Assembly: GCF_036321535.1 (NCBI RefSeq)
Contig: NC_087436.1
Location: forward strand, 117,368,001 to 117,432,000
From: Camelus dromedarius
Taxonomy: Eukaryota
Direction of reading: 5' to 3'
Length of the DNA: 64,000 nt
Positions 38,901 to 50,499 of this stretch are shown one piece after another. Each line of letters opens with the position of its first letter. Positions within the stretch are counted from its first letter, which is position 1. The notes beneath the pieces are model-generated. The model made no database searches. It had not been told where the DNA came from and was given only the letters and a program-made list of their open reading frames with translations. Position numbers and translations under genes: made by a program.

Positions 38901-41299
38901 TACATAGAGTGTAGTGGTAGGAGCCGACTACCTGGCTTCATATTGTTTTTCTACCACATACTATAGTTTATGACATTGAGAATTACTTAACTTCTCTGTG
39001 CCTCAGCTTCCCCATCTGTCAAATGTGGATAATAAGAAGACTGACTATCTCTGAGGGATGTAGAGGAGATGAAATGAGTCACTACATGAAGAGCACCTAG
39101 AAGAAAATTCTATAAAGGGAATGTTATTGTCATCACTACCATCACAAAGAAACACCCAACAAATTAGAACTAATTAGAAAGTTTACCAGCCACATTGCTT
39201 GAGAATAATCCTGAAATGTGTAGTATTAGGAGAGGGGAGAACCCTCGTCTGTGTTAGGAACCCAAATCCCTCCTGGGAGTCTAGAACCTTAGAGGTGGAA
39301 GGGCCCACAAAGCTTGTCTGCATCTCCCATCTCAAGGAAGGGTGCTTCCCAGTACCTCATGACCAGCAGCCGTCTGGTCCCCACCTGGAAGGACATGCCC
39401 AGGGCCGGGAGGTTGGCCGTCCCGGTGCGCCCTTCTTTCACCAGCTGGTGCTTATATTAGGATGCTCGTCCTTACACTGAACTGCGGTCAGTCTCCCAGA
39501 CCTGCCATCCTCTTCGCTGGAGGTTCTGCCGTCACTCTCATTCGTCCATCCACTCATTCAGTTGATGATTTAGTAAATACCAGTTGGCACTTATTACAGG
39601 TTGGGCACTGTGCCAGGAGCTCAGGTTATAGTGGGAAGCACATTCACACAAGGTCTCTGCCCTCAAGAGCTCACAGTCTGGTCAGATCAACAAACAAAGT
39701 AACACAATCTCCCGCTCAGTAAGCACTAAGAAGAAAACGAACAGGGTACTATGAGAACATTCAGCCCAGAAGCCGCATCTGGTCTGAAGCCATCAGGAAG
39801 GGCTTCCCTGGAGAAGTGGCTCTGGTTTGCTGTGAGCAGAAGGATGGCCTGGAGCTGACGGGAGCTGGGCTGCGGCACTTTCTTCCCCACCAGCTCACGT
39901 CCTCTCTGTTTCAGACTGAACATCCTTTTGTTCCGCCCTCCTATAGGTGCTCACAATGCTCAAAGGGGGACATGACACTCCATGCGCAGCCTGACTTCCT
40001 TTCCAATCAGTGCCCAGCCAGCATCATCTTGTTGATGCTGCAGTCCTGACATTAGGTCTGTATTTTCTATAGTAGACCAGAAATCCCACCCCAGCACACC
40101 AAATATGGAAGAAAATTCAAGGAGTTAGGCAAGACTCTCTCTCTCACAGTGACCGCAGGCTGGGCCTTGGGAGCACTGCTCCCCTTCCTGAAGTAACCGT
40201 TCAAAACCCCTTGTATCTTTCTCTGCTCCAGAATTTTGCTGGATGTCACTGTCACACTCTGTTTTCTATATTCTGTGTGTTCTCTGATCATTATTTAAAT
40301 TCAGGGTAGCTTTCTCATTAGTCAGTTCCTTACTGATCACCCAGCCTCCTGCTTACTCCTCTGAAAACCAGGCCTCACCCTGCAGACAGAATGGCCATTC
40401 TGAAATACAAATCTAATCACATCACTTCCTTCTTTTAAAAACTTCAATGGCTCCCCACTGCCCACTAGACAAAGCCAAGGTCTGATGCCTGCATGAAGGG
40501 TTCTAGACTCACTTTCAGACTCCAGCAAAAGCAGAAGGTCCTCCTCTGGGACCTCTCCCTAAAGTTTTAACCCTTGCCCCAGGCTACCCTTCTATCCACC
40601 CACCCACCCTGGGCCCTGAATTGTTTATTTCATCATAATAATCGATGTCCCTTACTATATGCCAGGGGCTCCTCTAAGCATTCTATAGGTACTAACTCAC
40701 TGATTCTCATACAACCCTGTGGGGTAGGGGCCATGATCATCTCCATTAAACAGATGAGGAAGCTGAGGCAGAGAAGGGGGGCTACATGCCCTGCCAGGGG
40801 CAGGGGGCTCCTAGCCATCATGCTCTGCTGCTCCTCACTGCCCCACCCTCGCCCTCTCCTGAAGCCCTCCGTGCAGGGCCGCCTCCATCATCCTGCCGTC
40901 CCAGAGCCCAGCCAGTGCTTGGCACAGAAAGGGAGCTCAGTTCAGGCTGTCGAACAAAACAGGACCACAGTTTCCACCCAGCCACCACCAAAGTCACCCC
41001 CAGGCTGTGGGCTTGGCTGCCTTCCCCATTCCTCTCTGCAGGTTCCAGAGATCCCTCTGCATGACGGAGAAGACAAGCAAAACGCATGTAAAGGGTTTCA
41101 CCTTCTCCACCTCCTGTTAGCATCGCCCCACGGCACCGAAGCAAGGAGCATGTCCTCCTTCTCTTTCTCACTCTGTTCGAATATTTCCAGTGATTTCCAC
41201 TGTTGAATATTTCCAGTGACCAGGGCTCAAACCTGCCCCCGAAGCCCTTTCAGCTTCCTGGTCTGGAAAATGGTGGTGATAACGCCCACCTCCAGGACG

Positions 41300-41610
41300 G
41301 CCATGAGATTGAAAACATATGCTAAGTGAAAGAAGCCAGTTGCCAAGATGAGATCCATTTATAAAAATGTCCAGACCAGGCAAATCTAGAGACAGAGAGT
41401 CCTGGGAGGGCCTGGGGTGGTGGGTAAGAGGTATAGGGGGATGACATCTAAAGGACACAGGGTTTCTTTTTTGCAACAATAAAATGTTCTAAAATTGACC
41501 GTGGTGATGGTTACACCTGTCTGTGAATATTCTGCAAACTGGTGGCTCATGCACACTTTAAATGGGTGAATTGTACAGTATGCGGGCTATATCTCAAGAA
41601 AATCATTGTA
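41300..41610 (+). mobile_element. L1 3' UTR fragment whose tail runs into the GAA tract
   Basis: atgctaagtgaaagaagccag...aatgttctaaaattgaccgtggtgatggttac...cactttaaatgggtgaattg. Confidence 0.8.
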
Positions 41611-41723
41611 GAAGAAGAAGAAGAAGAAAGAAGAAGAAGAAGAGAAGAAGAAGAAGAAGAAGAAGAAAAGAAGAAGAAAAGAAGAAGAAGAAGAAGAAGA
41701 TGAAGAAGAAGAAGAAGAAGAAG

Positions 41724-41784
<61 letters not shown>

Positions 41785-41880
41785 AAGAAGAAGAAGAAGA
41801 AGAAGAAGAAGAAGAAGAAGAAGAAGAAGAAGGGAAGAAGGGGAAGAAGGGGAAGAAGGGAAGAAGGAGGGAAGGGGAAG
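41610..41880 (+). repeat. (GAA)n microsatellite of about 220 bp followed by GGGAAGAAG variants
   Basis: Directly visible; few interruptions (GAT near 41700, GTA near 41754). Confidence 0.98.
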
Positions 41881-43847
41881 AATTATTTCTGGGACACTGA
41901 TACGGGCTGGCGTTACCCACAGCAGGGACAGAAGCCAAAGAAACAAGGCGTGTCTGGGCAGGGCTGTGTCTGCAGCAGAGCAAAGCTATCAGACTGAGAT
42001 GAGCATGCATTGTGAGGAGGGAGACAAAGTGAAGCCCAGACCAGAGTTCATGAACTGTCTGCATCTGCCGGGAAGTTACCGGGGTGGGCTGGGATCCCAC
42101 GGGGACCCACCCTGACCGCTCCCTCCTCCACCACACCAGACTGCACACCAGGTTTTGCAAACCTGTCAATCATCCCCTAGGGGTTTCTGTGAGTCCTGGT
42201 GTGCAACAAGACTGTGGGCTCCCTGAGAGCAGGAACAGTTGCATCTTGACATCCTGCAGCCTTCATCCCTCCCCTCTCGGCCCTCCCCTGCTCTCTGCCA
42301 CCATCCCCTGCAGCGCCCCGCCCCTCTTCGCACAGGTCCTTGGAATCATCTCTTTTTGCAACCTTCACTTTCTCACACGTGGAAATGGTTTCCAAAATCC
42401 ATCATTGTGTCCTGAACTTTTTATCTCTACCACCTGTATGGCCACCTCCCCTGGGCTGATCTTACGTAAGCAGCTTACTTCTAGTCCCTTAGGGACAAAA
42501 AGCACAGTGCCCTTTTCCAGGGATGGCAGGCTAGACTGAGATGCAGTGTGTTGTATACACAGATATGCCTCATTTGAAATAAGAAGCACAAAAAAGAAAG
42601 AAAGAAAAAGCACATTGTAAAAATCTGATCTCATAAAAGGAGTAGATTTGGGAGTGATTATTCCCATGTGCAGAGAAAGAATTGCCGTGACCAACAGCTG
42701 GGACAGTGCCTCTAAAGTACCTGCGCTCTGAATGCACTCAGGAAACCTAGTTATTAGCCTTATTGTCGTCATTGTCATGATTTTGTGTTAATAATGCTTC
42801 TCTGGGCTTGAGACAGGCCAGAAACAAGGAAGAAACCTGCCTTCACTGCGGTAGTCTTTTAAGAGACGAGAAACAAGACCCTGGTGATTAACTGGATGAA
42901 ACAGCTATTCACTAGGTTTTCACGTCCCCGCACACCCTGGGCTGGTGCAAGGTGCCCCAGCTGCTGCCACTCCTTCCAGAAGAAATCAATCTCTGTACTT
43001 AGCAAATACACGGTCTAGATGAATAATTCATCATTTCTACTGATTTTTTTTTTAAATAGGTCAATATTTTTGTTCCAAAAAAAGTCTTCACTTTCTCACA
43101 CCCAGTAGGTGGAGCCGACTGTTTCCTGCTCAAAGAAATGCCTCACAGCCCACATCACGATGCAAAAACAATCTCTGGAAAACCTCAGTGCCCAGACCTC
43201 CGCAGACGGGCCCTCTCTCTCAGAGCCCCAGATCTTGAAGACTGTCACAGAAGCCAGGGCAGAGCTAATTCAAACCTGTCTTGCTGGCTATGATTCCAGA
43301 GAAAACCTCAGTTCCTGCCGGGGCTGAAGGCACTTTCCTTGGCCCCATGGCCTCCTGAAAGCCTTTGGGATAATTACCCTCCTGCTTCTTTGATAAGCTG
43401 TGTTTTATCAAAACTTTGCAAACTGCATTCACTCAACATCTCCCAGCTCCTCCCTAAGAGGTGGCCGGAATTCTTATTTTACTGGTGAGGAAACCAGGAC
43501 TCAGGAAAGCGAAGGCGACAGAGCTGAGACATCAAGCCACGCCCTCCAGGGCTAGCAGCGTTCCGTTATCCACGTATCTCCCTTGAGAGCTATGTTATTC
43601 TGGGGCAACTTGCTGAGAGTCTAAACAGTCACATCATTTACTGAGCACCTACTATGTGCTCTTTCTAACTTGCCTCATTTACTCCAGCTCTACCTGATGT
43701 CTAACTGCCATCGCAAATGTCACACGTCCATGAGAGGGACCCTGATTCTGCAGTCCCACCCCTATTCCTCCATCTGGCTTCCCAATTTGGGGAACTGGCA
43801 CCTCCATTCATCCACTGACTCAGGCCACAGTGCTTCGAGGTTTCCTG

Positions 43848-44110
43848 GAAGGAGGGAGAGAGGAGGGAAGAGTGAGGAAGAATAGGGTTGGGGGAGGGAG
43901 AGAAGAAGGAGAGATGAGAGGAGGGAGGGAGAAAGAAAAGGAAGGAAGGAGGGAAAGAGGGACAGAGGACAGAGAAATGAGGAGGGAACTGGGAGGGTGA
44001 AGATGAAAGGAAGGGATGGTCAAGGATGGGGGAAGACAGGAAGGAGGGAAGGAAAAAGGAAGGACAGAAGCATGGTGGGGAGGAAGTGAGGAAGGAACAA
44101 AGGAAGGACC
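43848..44110 (+). repeat. GA-rich low-complexity tract
   Basis: Near-continuous purine run. Confidence 0.85.
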
Positions 44111-45689
44111 CTGCCACTATGGGAAAGCAGAGTCCAGAAGCCTGTGTGTGTGATAGTTTACCTATTTAAGTCAATAGCCTCAAAATAACATTTCATCCTT
44201 GTCTGTTTGTTTGATAGGGCCCTGGACTCATTGTCATTCACAGAGTCATAAAACTACGAACCTCCCTTAAACAACCATTTTCAGAGCAGGCATTTGCGCC
44301 AGCCTGGAGCTGTGTGCAGTTTTTCCCAAGGCAAGAGGAACCTAAGAACCCTGAGCCTAAGAAACCTGAAATCCTCCGGGTCACAAGGCTCACATCCAGC
44401 TAGTCACAAGACAAGGCAGAAATTGACAAGGACCAAAAGAGTGCTACACAGAGGGAGCCTCGGTGACCCGTGGGAGTGAGGGGTCATTTCTGCCAGGTGG
44501 GTGGAGAAAGTTGCATTGAGGCCAAGCCTTTGCTGAGACTGTGGGTGGGAGGGAAAACGAACGCGTGCTGGGAGCCCACCCTGTACCCAGCAGTCCCTGA
44601 TCCTACAGAGTGTTTGAGTCTCATTCTGCACTTGCCAAAACTAAGGGTTGGGGAGATTAAGTAATTTGCCCAACATCCCGCAAGGAAAGTGACAGCAATG
44701 GTCTTAAATTCAGGTCTAACTTGAGATTCAAACAGGGAAGTGTGACGTGTCTGGACCACACGGAGTGAAACGTAGCTGGCCCCTCCCATGAAGTTTTCTC
44801 AGACAGCGGCTTTCTCCACAATCAGACTTCCCACAGCCTCCTCCCTCTGACCTGTATCATGTCTATCTCCCTTTCAAGAGCAGAAGCTCCTTGAGGAGAG
44901 GAGTGTTCCTATCTGACAATGTTTCAATCGATGTGTTGTGAGTGACTAGCAAGTGCTTCTGTCCCCACTGCCTGAACGTTTATCCACTTATTCATTACAT
45001 CATTCATTTCCAACTGCACTCTCTTAGCAGTGGGTGGCTTGGTTCGGTGCTAGAAGGTAGCACTGAAGAGTCCTCAGTTGTGGTGGAGAGGACAGAAGTG
45101 TTAACAGGAAGAACAGTGCCTACCTAGGGTGCAGTGAGGGGAAAAGGAGTGTGGTCAGAACCACAAAGTGATGGGTTGGTGGTAGAGGTGGGGGTTGATG
45201 TCGGAAAAGCACCACTGGAGGGAGATAGGGTGGGACCTGAGCCCTGTCTTTGAAAGCAAAGCAGGTGGGAGGCATTCCAAGAGGTGGGAACAGAATATAC
45301 TAAGGCATGGAAACATGAGATTTTGTGATGGGAACTGAAAGCCTTTGAGACTGGCGCACAGAATGAGGCAAAGGAGGGGCTAAAATGGAAGAGGCTATCC
45401 GGGGCCAGATCTTAGAAGGCCTTGAATGCCAGGACGGCGAGTGTGGCCTCCATCATGGGGTCAGTGCAACCACAGCAGGGTTTTAAGCCAAGGAAACGTG
45501 TGAACAGGTTTGTGTAACTGTGGCTCCAACGATGGAATGTAAGGCAAGAGTCTGGAGGCAGAGAGAGGAGGCTGCTTGAATAATAAAGGCTTAACAAAGA
45601 AAAAGAGAGAAGGAAAGGCAGGAGGTGGGGTGGGGGAGCCAGCAGAGGTGCACGAGAAGAAAAGACTAAAGGGAAAAGTCGAGGAGGGA

Positions 45690-46910
45690 AGGGCTCAGAG
45701 GCGCGGCCGGGCTGCAGGGAGCGGGCGAGCAGGCCCGCCCGCCGGTTCGCGGACGGGAGACTCACCGCGGAGCCAGCGCGCGCCGGCGTGCGTGTCCTTG
45801 GGGCGGATGAGGCGGCGGTGCGCGGAGCTGCGGCCCACGTACCACAGCATCCAGAGCAGCTGCAGCAGCATGAGCGCGCTGAGGAAGCACAGCAGGTCGC
45901 TCTTGCCCACGCCCGAGGCGTGCACGGCCCAGGCCAGCAGGAACAGCAGCCCCGCCACGAACACGTTCAGCCCGTACTGGCTGCTCAGCGCCTCCGCCAG
46001 CTTCTGCGGGAAACTGGCGCGGACAGCGCCCCGCCGAGGGGCGGGGGACGCCGGGGACGTCGGGGACCCCGAGGCCAGGAGCTGGGGCGGCAGACAGGCC
46101 GTGGGCCCCGACGTCACCCTGTCGGGGCCGCCCTGAGCGGCCTGGGGAGATGCAGGCGGCCCCTGGCCCTCGTGCATCCTTGAGCGACCCTCACTGCGTC
46201 TAGTCCCCGGGGTGGCTGCGACCTGGGCCCCACCTGCTGCTCCTGTCCCCTGCCCTAGCCCCGACGCCCTCTGCCTTGTCCTGATCACCCTCGGACGCCT
46301 AGTCTCCCGCCTTCTGCCCCTCTGCCCTCGGTCAAGGTACCCGCCCGATCGACTTACCACCGCCCCCACCCCGCTGACCTGGGCTAACCCGGGCTGGCCT
46401 CGGCTTCTTCGCGCTCCCCAGTGCGCACTGCCCACTTCCCCTCACTCCGCAAAGTCCGGGACAGCCCTCCCGCCCACTCTAGACCCACGCGGGCCTCTCC
46501 CCGCCCCCGATGCCTTGGCCCCGGGCCAGCCCTGCCCCGACGTCCTCCCGCTCCCGTATCCGCGCGTCCCGACCCCGCCCGCTATCCGCAGCTCCGTCTC
46601 CTGAACCGATGCCGGCTTACCCAGCCCTGCCCGCGCGCCTCCCTCGGGCTCCTGGGGTGGAGGTGGGGGGCGGTGGGCTCGCCCTGAGCCGCCCGAGAGG
46701 GTGGGCGCGGGAGGCGTGGCTGCGACGGAGCTGGGCGCCGGGGGCTCCGAAGGTGCGCGCTCTGCTCGGATGTCCCTGAGCGTCTGCGTTGCGGACCGAA
46801 GAGCCCTAGGTGAGCCTGAAAGTGTCCGTGTGCCTGAGTCTGTCTGTCTGTCCTCGTCCCCGCGTGTTTCCGCAGTATGTTTCCTCCGGGCAGGTCTCTG
46901 TGTCTGGCCA
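45690..46910. promoter_or_regulatory. OTOP1: CpG island / TATA-less GC-box promoter of OTOP1
   Basis: Very high GC and CpG density spanning exon 1 and about 700 bp upstream; several CCCGCCC GC boxes and G-runs. Confidence 0.85.
45766..46177 (-). CDS. OTOP1: OTOP1 coding exon 1 (MHEGQGPPAS...DTHAGARWLR)
   Basis: ATG at 46177 in tcaaggATG context (A at -3). Encodes PQKLAEALSSQYGLNVFVAGLL...LLQLLWMLWYVGRS. Donor CGCG|gtgag at 45765. Confidence 0.95.
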
Positions 46911-48419
46911 TCGGTTCAGGTGTGTCTGTTTGGAGCCGGCAGTTGGGAGAGGGTGGCAGCGCCAGTCCCTAGATTTTTGAACAGGGAGACAGGGTATCTT
47001 TTTTGTTTGTGTCTGTGTTTGTCTCTACATCTGTGCACCTGTGTGTCTGCCAGGGGGTCCCCAATGTAGATAAGGCAGGAGACACTTCCCAAGAAAAAAT
47101 ATCCTCTCTTCCTCCTCCAGGGGAATGGAGAGCTTCTTCTGGACTGAGTGGCGCTGGCACTGGGGGCTGCCTGAGGTCCTTCCTCCCTGCAACTGTGCTG
47201 GCCTGAGCGCCTCCCTCAGCTACCCCAGCCCACCTGAAGCTGACCTTGGCCACCAGGGTGCCCATCTCAGGAGGTCCCAAGGTTGGGCATGGCTGAGATC
47301 AGGGCTGGAGGGGGGAGCTGGGAGGGAGCTGCTGGGGGATGCAGCCTGGGAAGCCGGGGCGGGCAGGCAGGCAGGCCTCACAGCCACCCACCTGTGCAGT
47401 AACGTAGGGCTGGGTGCCCAGGAGATCCCCTCTACCCCTCGGTTCAACATCCCGCTGTTGCCCTTCCAAAATTCTTAATATTTGAACAAGGGGACTCACA
47501 TCTTTATTTTTCAGTGGATTTGGCAAATTACATAGCTGGTTCTGACTGTCAGAGGCACCTGGCTGTGGGGGAGCCCTGGGCTGGGAGGGAGTCAACCTGA
47601 GGACCTTGCCTGGCCGTCATTCATGCTTTCAGTTTGTTCATTCATGTATGTAGTCAACTCTCATCCATCCTACACTGAATCATTTGCCAGGCTCTGTTCT
47701 AGGCACCGGGGATTCAGGTACAAAGGACCGCCCTGATGGAGCCGACCTTCTGATGGAAACACACTCAATGGACAAGTATTTAACTCACTGGGAAGCTGGA
47801 GGGTATCAGATGTGAGACTCCGCCCTGCCTTCAAGGAGCTCCTACGCAGTGGGGGAGACTGAGCAAGCAGTCCGGCCAGCAGGGCTGCCTGGATGGGAGA
47901 GTTGGGTGAGCCCAGAGTCTGCCAGGAAGGCTGAGAGGCTCCGGGAGGAGGCATCACCTGCGCAGCCTTGATAGGAGAAGGAGCCGGCCAAGCGACATAG
48001 GCAGGGTAGGGAGGGCGTTCTAGAGGAGGGTGGACCGTGTGCATGGAAATGAGTGTGGAAAGGCAGGTGGTGACCAGGGAACATGGCCATCAATACAAAG
48101 CTTAGACTGTGCCCTTCAGCGGGGTATCCCCAGAGCCAAGCCTGGTGGACACTCAGTAAATAAACCAAGGAGTTAATGAACACACAAGCGGATGAAGGCT
48201 GTGTGAAGGAGGAAGCAAGGTGCCACCTCCTCATCAGATCATTCGGGTGTGGGACTTGGGATGTGTCTTCCCCACTGTGCTCTAGCCCCTGACCTTGCTT
48301 CGTCTTCCTTCTTAGCACGCAGCGCTGCCTGGAACGTGTGTATATGAAATGTGTGTATATCTGTGGCTCGATCAGACATCAGCTCAAGTCAACGTGAATT
48401 TATAGAGAAAGGCAACATC

Positions 48420-48615
48420 AAGTGGTGGTGAGGGGGTGAGTTGTAAAGCCAGGCTGCAAGGTTTGATTCCTGGCTCCATCACTTAATGCTGTGTGACCCT
48501 GGACAAGTTACTCAGCCTCACTGTGCCTCAATTTCCTCATCTGTGACATGGAGCTCTTAAGAGTAATCATTCTTAGAAGTTTCCATGAGGATAAAATGAG
48601 TTGATATATGAAGCA
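48420..48615 (+). mobile_element. MIR SINE (representative; others near 12590, 21140, 21570, 28490, 29580, 32140, 32860, 36560, 38920, 40660, 61800)
   Basis: MIR core tgtgtgaccctggacaagttactcagcctcactgtgcctcaatttcctcatctgt. Confidence 0.7.
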
Positions 48616-48616
48616 C

Positions 48617-48758
48617 TTTCTCACTTCCCTGATTAAATGTACTCTTTGGAACTTGGGGAATCCTGGGAGACTAAAGTTTGTCTACAGACAAGAGGCAGGC
48701 AGAGGACATTGTTGGTGGTCTGTACCAGGAAGGCCCTATAGGGTCCTGCTTGGTTACA
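48617..48758 (-). mobile_element. ERV1 LTR 5' fragment, MER41-like, related to 54995-55220
   Basis: Minus strand starts TGTAACCAAGCAGGACCCTATAGGGCC and shares ttccaaagag...taatcagggaag with the other copy. Confidence 0.6.
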
Positions 48759-48989
48759 GAACGATGGTGAGACCTGCTGCCCTGAAACATGGGCTCCGCA
48801 GTTTCAGTGAGGATGACAGGGTTCCAGAAAGGCAAAGGCCAACTGGCAGTGCTTCACTCCCTCAGGTAACACGAGCACCGTCACCTCGACGGGCAACAGG
48901 ACCCGAGTCAATTAGATTTTGCCCCCAGTTATCTTTGCCAGTGGCTGTATAATCCCAGAGTTTCTAAGAATAAGAGGGGAGCAGTGTAG

Positions 48990-49920
48990 CAGCTTCCTAG
49001 AGTGCTGGAACCTTGTGCCACCAACTGGGCAGCTTAAAACAACAGAAATGTATTGGGTCACAGTTCTGGAGCCTGGAAGCTGGAAATCAAGGTGTCTGCA
49101 GGGACCTGCTCCCTCTGAGGGATCTCGGGAGGATCCTTCCTGGCCCCTTCCAGCTTCCAGTGTTGCCGGCCATCCTGGCCTTCCTTAGCTTACAGCTGCA
49201 CAGCTCTGATCTCTGCCCTCTTTGTCACATGGCCATATTCCCTCTGTCTGCATCTCTCTCTGTCCCTCTTTTTTTTTTTTTCCAAAAAAAAACTTTATTG
49301 TGGTATAATTTCTGTAGAGTAAATTACACATATTTCAGATGTACAATTTGATGAATTCTGATAGATGTATACGGCTATGAAACCATGGCCACAATCAAGA
49401 TAGCTAACATTTCCATCACTTCCCAAGAGGTACAAATTTCGAACTCCCAATTTATCCCTTCCTACCCACCTTTACCCCCTGGTAAACCGTAAGTCTGTTC
49501 TCTGTGTCTATGAGTCTGTTTCTGTTTTGTGAATAAGTTCATCTGTGTCTTTTTTTTTTTATTATTCCACTGAGTGATATCATGGTATTTTTCTTTCTTT
49601 CTGGCTTACTTTACTTAGAATGATGATTTCCAGGTCCACCCATGTTGCTGCAAATGGCATTATTTTATTTTTTATGACTGAGTAGTATTCCTTTGTATAT
49701 ATGTACCACATCTTCTTTATCCAGTCATCTGTCGATGGATGTTTTTTCTTATAAGGACACCAATCATACTGGACTAAGGGCCAACCCTCCTTCACTATGA
49801 CCTCATCTCAACTTACATTATAATTACATCTGCAAAGAATTTTCCAAATAAGGTCACATTCACAACTACTGGGGTTAGGACTTCAACGTATCTTTTGGGC
49901 GGCACAATTTAATTCACATC
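48990..49920 (-). mobile_element. MLT1 LTR interrupted by L1 3' fragments (about 49270-49740)
   Basis: gcttaaaacaacagaaatgtatt...cttataaggacaccaatcatactgga...aaggtcacattcaca; L1 peptide in ORF 49580..49795. Confidence 0.75.
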
Positions 49921-50019
49921 AGGCAGCCAATTAAAGTGTTATTGGATCCATAGAGCTGGAAAATCTCTAGGGAAAGTAAAGAGAGACCTATCTTGAATCA
50001 TAAGAGATAGTCCAAAAAC

Positions 50020-50497
50020 TCTCACTCAATTCCCACTCATGAGCCAGTTTGCAGACCCAGAGCTCTTGAATGAAGAGAGGGCTGGGTCTCCTTGAGAAGA
50101 GCCTTGTCAACCTGCTACAAATATACTGTGGACCTTCCTCCAAGGCTGCCCCAAAGGACATACTGCATTACAGCATGGTGACCATTCTCTTGGGAGAGGT
50201 CCAAACCAAAGATTTTTCTTAATCTTTTCTCTTCAAATAATATTAAATCTACAGAAGTGTTGCAAAGATAGCATAAACATTCCTACCTGTCTCCCCTTCC
50301 CCAGCTTCCCCTGATACTTTCTACATCTTGGTACCTTTGTCAAAATGAAGAAATTAACATTGATGTAAATCTGTCAGCTAAAGTACAGATCTGATTTGAA
50401 CTTAGCTACTTTTCCCACTAATGTCATTTTTTTTTTTATACACAGATCTTTTGGGAAACACTAGATGTGGGCTCTGAGCGGATGCTAAGTCCTGGGC
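50020..50497 (+). mobile_element. ERVL gag-end/protease fragment, split by an L1 piece at about 50215-50440
   Basis: gagccagtttgcagacccagagctcttgaatga (SQFADPELLE*, ERVL gag stop). After the L1, QIFWETLDVGSERMLSPG resembles ERVL protease QTFRGLLDTGSELTLIPG. Confidence 0.7.
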
Positions 50498-50499
50498 AT

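Larger units (their letters stand above)
11547..46177 (-). other. OTOP1: OTOP1 gene body, ATG to stop; 6 coding exons; 612-aa otopetrin-1 proton-selective channel
   Basis: Exons of 412+137+59+131+929+171 = 1839 nt join in frame through GT-AG introns (phases 1,0,2,1,0). The translation matches recalled mammalian OTOP1 throughout, including the C-terminal FYRMH motif. Confidence 0.97.

Noticed and set aside
40574..41206. 210-aa plus-strand ORF
   Set aside because: Runs through a MIR (IKQMRKLRQR); non-ATG start; no recognisable domain.
41179..41219. 15-bp direct repeat gaatatttccagtga x2
   Set aside because: Simple local duplication with only two copies; not an array.
41562..42169. Poly-K/R, poly-L/S/F ORFs
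   Set aside because: Translations of the (GAA)n microsatellite.
46020..46030. REST/RE1 right half-site GGACAGCGCC in exon 1
   Set aside because: The left half (TTCAGCACC) is absent, and the sequence is explained by coding content.
45576..46604. Several long plus-strand ORFs at the promoter
   Set aside because: Expected stop-codon depletion in a CpG island antisense to exon 1.
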